Part shown: positions 21,801-28,063 of the stretch, one piece after another
Position numbering within the stretch: the stretch's first letter is position 1
Layout of the letters: the number at the start of each line of letters is the position of its first letter
Virus record (IMG/VR): IMGVR_UViG_3300028886_000047
Reading direction: 5' to 3' (one strand)
Source: a virus
Lineage: Duplodnaviria > Heunggongvirae > Uroviricota > Caudoviricetes
DNA length: 28,063 bases
Made by a program: the position numbers and the translations under genes
The notes under the pieces: generated by a model
What the model was told of the DNA's origin: nothing
Databases searched by the model: none
What the model saw: the letters and a program-made list of their open reading frames with translations, nothing else

Positions 21801-24684
21801 GGCTTTGCTGCTATTATTGACTTAACAGCTGATAAAGCAAGTAATCGTCCGCCTATCTCAATGTTCACAGTTAAGAATGGTGACATGATTACTAACAAGT
21901 ACCGCGGCGTAAAATACTGCGCTATATAATAGTAATATTATATATTAAATCTTTCTAATTGCTGAAAAGACTTAAAAGTTTATCAGCATCTAATTTTTAG
22001 GAATATGCAAGATTTTTTAATCAGCTCTTAAAAAAAGTTCAACGACTAGATATTTTTATCGTACATTTGAAATAGAATGGAAAAGGAAGATAACTTTCAA
22101 TAAAGTATAAAATTTAAATATTAAAACTATGAAATATATTGTATATTTAACAACAAATATTAAAAATAATAAAATTTATGTTGGTGTACATAAAACTGAG
22201 AATCCAGATATATTTGATGGATATATAGGAAATGGAGTAAATAGATTTCAAGCTTCTAGTATGTATAATTCGGATTATCCATTTTGTATGGCAGTACGAA
22301 AATATGGATTTGATTCTTTTAAAAGACAAATAATATAGATATATGATACAGAACAAGAAGCTCTTGATTTGGAAGAGAAAATTGTGAATGAAGAATTTAT
22401 AAAAAGAAAAGATACATATAATATTGTTCTAGGCGGAGGCATGCCTCCTATTAAAAACAAAGTTGTATATTAGTATTCTTTAAGTGGAAGCTTTATAAAA
22501 GAGTGGCCTTCAATTACAGAAGCTGCAATATTCTATAAATGTTGTAGTACATGTATAGGAAATGCTGTAATATTTAAAAGAGCTTCTCAAAATTATTTTT
22601 GGGCAGATTGTAAATTTGATGCTCTTGATATTGAAAATTATACAATTTATTCTCCTAAAATAGCTATATATACATATAATTCAGATTGTGAATTTGTTAA
22701 ACTTTTTGAATCTTTATCTGAATGTCAAAAATTTTTAAAAGAAAAGTCACTAAGACATATTCAAAGAGCTTTAAAATTAGGAATAAAAGTAAAAGGTTAT
22801 TATTTATCTACTGAATTATTTTCTAAATTTATTCCTCCTAAAACCATGAGATTAACTGGATTAGTACATCAATATGACCTAAATGGAAATTATATTCAAA
22901 CATTTAAATCAATTAAAGAAGCAGAACAAAATTTAAATACTAATCTTTCCGAAGTAAATACATCTATTAAATTGGGATATCAATGTAAAGGTTATTTATG
23001 GTGGAGAGGGGATAAATTAGAATCATTGCCTCCGTATAAAAAATCTAAAAGTTCTGCTAAAAAAATAGGACAATATACATTAAACGGCGAATTAGTCAAA
23101 ATATTTAATACCGTAAGAGAAGCTAGAAAAGAATTTCCTAATGTTAGTAAAGTATTGAAAAAACAAGCGTCTCATTGTCATGGTTTTAATTTTAAATATA
23201 TTGAAGAAAGTTAAAGATATAGTCTAATTTTTTATAGAAATATAAAAATATTTAATGAGGCGGTCTGACTGGTCTTGAAAGTGGCGAAGTTGCTTCTCCT
23301 GTAGCAGGTAGTAAGCTAAATATATTGGCTTTATAATTAGAAATAATTATATAAAATTTTCTTTTAATGCTGAGAAATCTTAAATGACAATCAGCAGCTT
23401 AAAATATTCTTATCTCAATAGAGGAGAGAATATTAGATAGTTCAACGACTAGTTTAATATAAACGTACATACAGTTTAGTATGGAAAAAAGAAATAACTT
23501 AAATATGAAATATATAGTATATTGTACAACCTGTAAGGTTAACGGAAAAATTTATATCGGAGTTCATAAAACGGAAAATCCGGAGATATTTGATGGATAT
23601 ATAGGAAACGGAATTAAAATTGGGTGGACAATTAAAAATGCTCATACTGCATTTCAAAGAGCATTGAAAAAATATGGATATTCTAATTTTATTAGAACTG
23701 TATTATATGTATTAGATTCCGAAAAGTTAGCATACGATAAAGAAGCTGAAATAGTTAATTATGACTTTGTAAAACGTCGTGATAATTATAATACATCTTT
23801 AGGAGGAATACATCCAGGATGCTCTTATGACAAATTATACCAGTATGATTTTAATGGAAACTTTATAAAAGAATGGCCTTCAGTTCAAGAAACTGTAAAC
23901 TATTATGGATGTAATTCTAATAGATTTAACATGGCTATTAAAGATAAAAGAAGTGCATTTAATAGTTATTGGTCAAAACAATTTTATGAAAAACTTGATG
24001 TTTCTGAATTTAGAAAAAGTCAAGCTTCTGAAATTTATTGTTATACAGAAAAAGGAGATTTTATTAAATATTATAATTCTGTTAAAGAAATAATATCTGA
24101 ATTAGGTTTTACTAAATCATCTATAGATGATGCTATGTCACATAAAAGACCCTTAAAAGGATATTATTTTATTTCAGATTTGACTATTAATATTTATAAT
24201 CTTATTAAAACAAGAGAATTGGTTTATAATTTAACTGATAAATCTGTATCAAAATACAATAAAGATGGAAATATTATCCAAACTTATGCAACTATAAATA
24301 AAGCTGCAAAAGAAAATGGTGTTACAGTCAACAGTATTAAGAAATCAATTCAAAATTCTGACGGAACTTGGTCTTATGGATATACTTCTAAATATACTCC
24401 AAATAAAGTTCCAGTAGGAATAAAGATACAACAATTTGATTTAGAAGGCAATTTGGTCAAAATTTGGGACAGTATATCACAATGTCAAAAAGAACACCCT
24501 AAAGTAAAGGACGTTTTATATGGAGGAAGGAATCAAACTCATGGATATAAATTTAAAGTAATAGAATAAGTTAAAAATATAGTCTGACTTATATAGAAAT
24601 ATATAGGATAATCGAATTATGTGGGGTTATTCAAGCCTTGCTGTCTTTAATCCTTATCGTAGTTATATTATACGTGAAGCTTAA
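18824..24684 (+). CDS. Major capsid protein, crAss-like; 6 exons, 476 aa after splicing
   Basis: Exons 18824-18862, 19025-19528, 19823-20098, 21429-21910, 23258-23317 and 24615-24684 total 1431 nt in one frame. Junctions read PTMG|ATDTRTYEDF, PELHEEG|YTKWQ, TIVDP|DSNRPIY, KYRGV|GGLTG and GSKL|IMWGY. The capsid identity comes from size, gene context and recalled similarity. Confidence 0.8.
18863..19024 (+). mobile_element. Group I intron 1 (162 nt, no ORF)
   Basis: P1 ATGGGT/GCCCAT with U-G at the splice site. Core elements AATTGCTGAAA, AATCAGCA, GTTCAAAGACTA and ATGATATAGTC. Terminal G. P10 GTGGT/GCCAC. Confidence 0.85.
19529..19822 (+). mobile_element. Group I intron 2 (294 nt, no ORF)
   Basis: P1 GAAGAAGGT/GCCTCTTC. 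Core elements AACTGCTGAAA, AATCAGCA, GTTCGACGGTCA and AAGATATGACC. P9 with GAAA loop. Terminal G; removal restores the frame. Confidence 0.85.
20099..21428 (+). mobile_element. Group I intron 3 (1330 nt) with homing endonuclease
   Basis: P1 GACCCT/GGGGTC. P10 GTTTGAATT/GATTCAAAC. Core elements AATTGCTGAAA, AATCAGCAG, TTCAACGACTAG and AAGATATAGTCT. Terminal G. Confidence 0.9.
20307..21383 (+). CDS. GIY-YIG homing endonuclease with NUMOD1-like C-terminal repeats (358 aa)
   Basis: IVYLTTN..KIYIGVH, Y.GNG, E..L..YN...GG, and repeated YQY.L.G.FIKEF.S motifs. Confidence 0.9.
   Translation: MKVIVYLTTNIINKKIYIGVHECKKNEKSFYLGNGVYNDKPSTYMHPKTKFQAAVKEFGPKNFKRVTIKEFDNEDDAYFLESELVDKDFLKRPDVYNMVLGGRGGDLNNNAKPCYKYDLQGNYLCEFASQAKAADSVDRVTSTIRYAIINKVKAANFYWSYEKVDKLDLSEYKTTDNKVCIYQYSNNGDYDCCYESASDAARVNNTSSSNICRACKLGFLLNEKYFSYIFNTSYTKPEKFSVRGHCVYQYSLKGEFIKEFQSCNAAEKELNVKKGLSTAIRLGRTFAGFQWSLEKLDSLPSKEKVQCSARKVGQFDLNGNLIKVFNTVTECRKEFSGCRGVLQGKSKTSGGFIFKYVD
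21911..23257 (+). mobile_element. Group I intron 4 (1347 nt) with homing endonuclease
   Basis: P1 GGCGT/GCGCT. Core elements AATTGCTGAAA, ATCAGCA, GTTCAACGACTAG and AAGATATAGTCT. Terminal G; splits the codon GT|A. Confidence 0.9.
22129..23214 (+). CDS. GIY-YIG homing endonuclease with NUMOD1-like repeats (361 aa, two TAG read through)
   Basis: Track ORFs 22129-22338 and 22846-23214 are in frame. TAG at 22336 and 22471; the latter lies in VY[TAG]YSLSGSFIKEW. Confidence 0.9.
23318..24614 (+). mobile_element. Group I intron 5 (1297 nt) with homing endonuclease
   Basis: P1 AAGCT/GGCTT. Core elements AATGCTGAGAA, AATCAGCAG, GTTCAACGACTAG and AAAATATAGTCT. Terminal G; splits the codon CT|A. Confidence 0.9.
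23505..24569 (+). CDS. GIY-YIG homing endonuclease with NUMOD1-like repeats (354 aa)
   Basis: MKYIVYCTTC..KIYIGVHKTENPEIFDGYIGNG. ATG at 23505 chosen by alignment with the two paralogues. Confidence 0.9.
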   Translation: MKYIVYCTTCKVNGKIYIGVHKTENPEIFDGYIGNGIKIGWTIKNAHTAFQRALKKYGYSNFIRTVLYVLDSEKLAYDKEAEIVNYDFVKRRDNYNTSLGGIHPGCSYDKLYQYDFNGNFIKEWPSVQETVNYYGCNSNRFNMAIKDKRSAFNSYWSKQFYEKLDVSEFRKSQASEIYCYTEKGDFIKYYNSVKEIISELGFTKSSIDDAMSHKRPLKGYYFISDLTINIYNLIKTRELVYNLTDKSVSKYNKDGNIIQTYATINKAAKENGVTVNSIKKSIQNSDGTWSYGYTSKYTPNKVPVGIKIQQFDLEGNLVKIWDSISQCQKEHPKVKDVLYGGRNQTHGYKFKVIE

Positions 24685-24715
24685 CATAGTTAAGTAAAAA
24701 TTTTTAGATATTATT

Positions 24716-24756
24716 AAAAGAGCTGCCTGTAACAATTTGGTTACAGGCCCTCTTTT
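24716..24756 (+). terminator. Stem-loop / probable terminator after the capsid gene
   Basis: AAAAGAG-ct-GCCTGTAAC-aatttg-GTTACAGGC-c-CTCTTTT. Confidence 0.7.
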
Positions 24757-24779
24757 ATGGATTTATGATTTATGAAAAT

Positions 24780-25634
24780 ATGGCAAAAAAAGAAACATTA
24801 AAAGAAATTAATTTATCAAACAAGATAATCCTAAGAAGTGTTCGTGGAAAAGTAGGACAAGTTATTAAGATTGAACCTTGTAAAGATCCTAACACAAGTG
24901 AATATCCAGATTGTGTAAAGAAAGTAGATTCTAATAATGATATGATTCTTTCCGAGGCTGAAAGAAACGACCCAAATAGAAAATACTTTATCAAAGAAAC
25001 AGATGTTTTTGATGTAGTTGATGGCACTACATTTGATTTAGATGATGTTCGTCAGAGATTCATTTGGGAAGCTATTAAGAATTGTCCTTTAATTGCTCCA
25101 GATTATTATGCAAAAGACATTAACGGCAATTCATTGATTAATGGAACTGGTCCTAATTCTACAAGACCAAGATTCGGCGTAGCTGAATTATTTATAGAAA
25201 AGCCTGGCGAAGATTCTGTTCGTAGAGTTTCAAAGAAGAAGCAAATTCATGATGCTGAAGACTTTATTTGGAATGATAAGCGCGGATATGATGGTCGAGT
25301 TTTGATGGCTAAATTACTCGGACATGAAATGCAAGGATTACCCGATGCTGATGTAACAGATTATTTAATTCAAATTGCAGAAAAAAATCCAGAAAAGATT
25401 ATCAACCTTTATACAGGTGGAGAAACTTCTATTAGATTACTCTTTATAGAGGCTAGAAACAAACATGTTATAGTTTATAAAAATAAACTCTATATATATG
25501 CAGATAATGTGGTGTTAGGAGCTAATGATGAAGCTGCCATATTATTCTTAAAAGATCCTAAAAATGTAAACGTCTTAAATCTTATTAAGAAGGAAACTTT
25601 TCCTGAATTAACAAAAGAAGACGAGAAAAAATAA
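24780..25634 (+). CDS. Hypothetical protein downstream of the capsid gene, probably structural (start 24765 or 24780)
   Basis: Uninterrupted track ORF within the virion module. Confidence 0.75.
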   Translation: MAKKETLKEINLSNKIILRSVRGKVGQVIKIEPCKDPNTSEYPDCVKKVDSNNDMILSEAERNDPNRKYFIKETDVFDVVDGTTFDLDDVRQRFIWEAIKNCPLIAPDYYAKDINGNSLINGTGPNSTRPRFGVAELFIEKPGEDSVRRVSKKKQIHDAEDFIWNDKRGYDGRVLMAKLLGHEMQGLPDADVTDYLIQIAEKNPEKIINLYTGGETSIRLLFIEARNKHVIVYKNKLYIYADNVVLGANDEAAILFLKDPKNVNVLNLIKKETFPELTKEDEKK

Positions 25635-25644
25635 TTAATAGTAC

Positions 25645-26685
25645 ATGACAGCTAGACAAGTCTATGAAGGAGTATTAATTGAATTACATAAAGAAAATGC
25701 TCCTAATCTTCTTTTGGAAGACTTTAATTATTTTGTAAATAAAGCTATTAATCAATATATAAATAAGCGTTATAATATTTATGATATAAATCAACAAACT
25801 ACAGATGATTTAAGAGTATTGAAAGCTACTGCACTATTAGATGTTACTAAAGTAGATAGCTATTCAGAATTATCTTTGGCAGGCGGAGCCACTTATGAAG
25901 TAAATATGCCAATGGATTATTTACATTTACTTAATTGTATTTGTATTTACAAGGTTCACAAGACTTATAAATGTTATAATGCTGGAGATACTTGGAGAGC
26001 AGCAGCTACTCGATTAACAGCAGATGCTTACTCTCAAGTTCTAGACAACTTTTGGTTACGACCTACTTATAAAAGACCTTATTATTATATTCATAATATA
26101 AATCAGAATCAAACTGTTCCTACAAATCCCTATGTACTATCAGATAAGGGTGAATTAGTAAAAGGTACAGATTCAAATGACATTTTTGAAAACTCTCCTT
26201 AGCGTAGTTATACTAATGCTAAAAAAGATACTGTTTTATATGGCAATAAACCATATGGGGAGGATGGCAATGGAAATAAAATTGTTTAGGGCAGCAAAGG
26301 TCCGACGAATATTGTAATAGATAATACTTCTGTAAGTAATGTCGAAAGAGGACAAAATATAAGATATGGAAATCGTTCTCGTGTACGTCTTGAAATAAGA
26401 TATGGAACGGATGATTCTGTATTTGAACTCATAAAAGTATATGTTGATTATATAAAAGCTCCACAATATATACGTCTTACACAAGAAGAACTTGATTATA
26501 CAGAGGATACTTCTCAGTTATTAGAATTTCCTGATTATGTATGTCAAGAGATAATAAATGAGTTGGTTAATATTATCATGGAAAACATTAGTGACTAGAG
26601 ACTCTAGACTCACCCAGTAGTTAGTTAGTCTATTGCAAATCCAGCTCAACAATAGGCAGAACCCGCAGCACAAGCTGCACAATAA
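25645..26685 (+). CDS. Putative head-tail connector / ring protein (346 aa, TAG read-through)
   Basis: Track ORF extended through six TAG to TAA at 26683-26685. Motifs DFNYFVNKAINQY, DDLRVLK, VDYIKAP and EFPDYVCQEIINELV resemble crAss-like ring proteins (from recall). Confidence 0.65.
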
Positions 26686-26698
26686 AATTTTTTAAATT

Positions 26699-27874
26699 AT
26701 GTTTAATTTTACTACTCAAAGTATTCTTAACACTGTAGATAAATGGGAAGGTACAGGTTCTACTAAAGGTAAAAATTTAATTATTAACAAAAGTAATGGA
26801 CGTTATCCTCAAGTAAGAATTGGTAATGCCAGATTTAATTGGCCATGTGTCTTAGATATTCATAAGGCAAGTTATGTTCCTGAGAATCTTGCTGAAGTAA
26901 CTTTTGATTTAAGCAAGATTTCAAAAAAGAATCTCGTAGCTGAAGCAGATATAGTTGGAACTTATCGTATTGCTCTCTACATTGGCTTATCCATGAATAG
27001 CCAAGATTCATTCTATGCAAATGATTTTGTATACAAAGGAAAGCCTTTCTATGTAGAGTTTGTAGTTAAAAATAAGGAAGAGTTAACTAACGGCACACTT
27101 CCTGCAAGAATTAAGAAACTTGCTGAACAGTATCTTATTTTCCAAGCTGATGAAAAGATTTTAACAGTAGAAACTAACAGCACGGAAGGACATACAAATG
27201 AAATTACTTTCAAGGCAACTAATGGTTATCAGGTAATCAAGAAGGCTTATCTCCAGCACTTTGATGAAAAAGCTATTCAAATTGACTGCTGCACAACTGG
27301 TGCTGAATTTATAAACCTTATTGAAGGTATTCCTGCTGTGTATACTCTTAATGAAGACGGCGTTGTTACATTAGGTACTCCTAAACCTAAGCATATGAAT
27401 GGAGATGGCGATCCTATAGAATATACTGATACTGAAGTTCCAATTAAACCTGGTACTGAAGAGTTCTTAGGTTACAACTGGATTATTCATAATCTCAGAC
27501 TTCCGACTGGAGCTAATACTCAATGGTGGTCTCCTGTTCCTGGTGAAATGCCTGTCGTTGGTGGCAAATATAACCAGTATATTATAAGAATTATAAAAGA
27601 CCGTGATGGTATCGCAGGTGGCATCCTCGGACAGAGAGCTACTACTGTTACAACTCATGTTTTCTATGTAATGGTTGGCCAACCTACAACGGAGTTTGAA
27701 AGTGCTATTGCTGACCTCGGAACTACTATTAATGGTGCTGATATAGTAACTAATGCACCTTATGCAGCACTTCCTAATAATGGAACTGCAAAGGTTTATA
27801 GTAAGGCATTTGAGAATAATAAGAATCCTCGTGATCCAGAGCCTATGTATGATGTTGTTGGCAGCAAAGGATAA
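26699..27874 (+). CDS. Probable abundant virion protein (391 aa)
   Basis: Uninterrupted ORF with no TAG, codon style like the capsid exons, followed by a terminator. Confidence 0.7.
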   Translation: MFNFTTQSILNTVDKWEGTGSTKGKNLIINKSNGRYPQVRIGNARFNWPCVLDIHKASYVPENLAEVTFDLSKISKKNLVAEADIVGTYRIALYIGLSMNSQDSFYANDFVYKGKPFYVEFVVKNKEELTNGTLPARIKKLAEQYLIFQADEKILTVETNSTEGHTNEITFKATNGYQVIKKAYLQHFDEKAIQIDCCTTGAEFINLIEGIPAVYTLNEDGVVTLGTPKPKHMNGDGDPIEYTDTEVPIKPGTEEFLGYNWIIHNLRLPTGANTQWWSPVPGEMPVVGGKYNQYIIRIIKDRDGIAGGILGQRATTVTTHVFYVMVGQPTTEFESAIADLGTTINGADIVTNAPYAALPNNGTAKVYSKAFENNKNPRDPEPMYDVVGSKG

Positions 27875-27894
27875 GTTAAGAATATCTAAATATG

Positions 27895-27933
27895 AGCTAG
27901 GCCAGACCTAAAAGGTCTAGTCTAGCTTTTTTT
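27895..27933 (+). terminator. Rho-independent terminator
   Basis: AGCTAGGCCAGACCT-aa-AAGGTCTAGTCTAGCT followed by a T-run. Confidence 0.85.
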
Positions 27934-27944
27934 ATTTTAAAATT

Positions 27945-28063
27945 ATGGTATATACAAGCATAAAAAAATTAGCTGATGCAGTTTATAATGATGTAGTGTC
28001 CGGATTAAGAGGGTATCATCAAAATTCATCTATTTCTAAACAACAATTAGAAGAGGAAATAGT
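27945..28063 (+). CDS. Start of a probable structural/ring protein (3' truncated)
   Basis: MVYTSIKKLADAVYNDVVSGLRGYHQNSSISKQQLEEEI, open to the window end. Confidence 0.6.
   Translation, partial: MVYTSIKKLADAVYNDVVSGLRGYHQNSSISKQQLEEEI

Noticed and set aside
19103-21929. Track ORFs 19103-19546, 19820-20107 and 21537-21929 as separate genes
   Set aside because: They are capsid exons running into or out of intron sequence.
11192-24093. Alternative-frame + ORFs 11192-11380, 13149-13523, 21589-21825 and 23905-24093
   Set aside because: Nested in better-supported genes, with off-frame-like composition.
18863-24614. Recurrent motifs (AATTGCTGAAA, AATCAGCA, GATATAGTC) as CRISPR or dispersed repeats
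   Set aside because: They are conserved group I intron core elements and are not regularly spaced.
1868-27682. All minus-strand track ORFs (e.g. 1868-2104, 6971-7195, 15595-15777, 19142-19402, 26236-26484)
   Set aside because: Short antisense shadows of well-supported + strand genes, with no recognisable motifs.
1-28063. Suppressor tRNA, DGR reverse transcriptase/template, endolysin, integrase
   Set aside because: Looked for by eye and not seen; they may lie outside the window.

Overview
AT-rich bacteriophage DNA, most likely the virion/structural module of a crAss-like (Crassvirales) phage of Bacteroidetes. All credible genes are on the + strand. The genome uses a non-standard code: TAG is a sense codon, best read as Gln (code 15). 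The supplied ORF track is therefore fragmented. Reading through TAG restores long genes that end in TAA/TGA and abut through ATGA/TAATG overlaps. Gene order: metallophosphoesterase (5' truncated); a ~2615-aa LamG-like / CotH-like kinase / LRR protein; two tail-fibre-like genes; a self-contained six-gene cassette of unknown function behind a palindrome and a long hairpin; a membrane protein; a C-type-lectin-fold protein ending in a GC-rich DGR-type variable region (no RT or template seen in the window); an AlpA/Xis-like HTH; an acidic scaffold-like protein; a 476-aa major capsid protein split into 6 exons by five group I introns (one only 162 nt, three with GIY-YIG homing endonucleases); then further virion genes. 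All calls come from manual reading and motif recognition; no searches were run.
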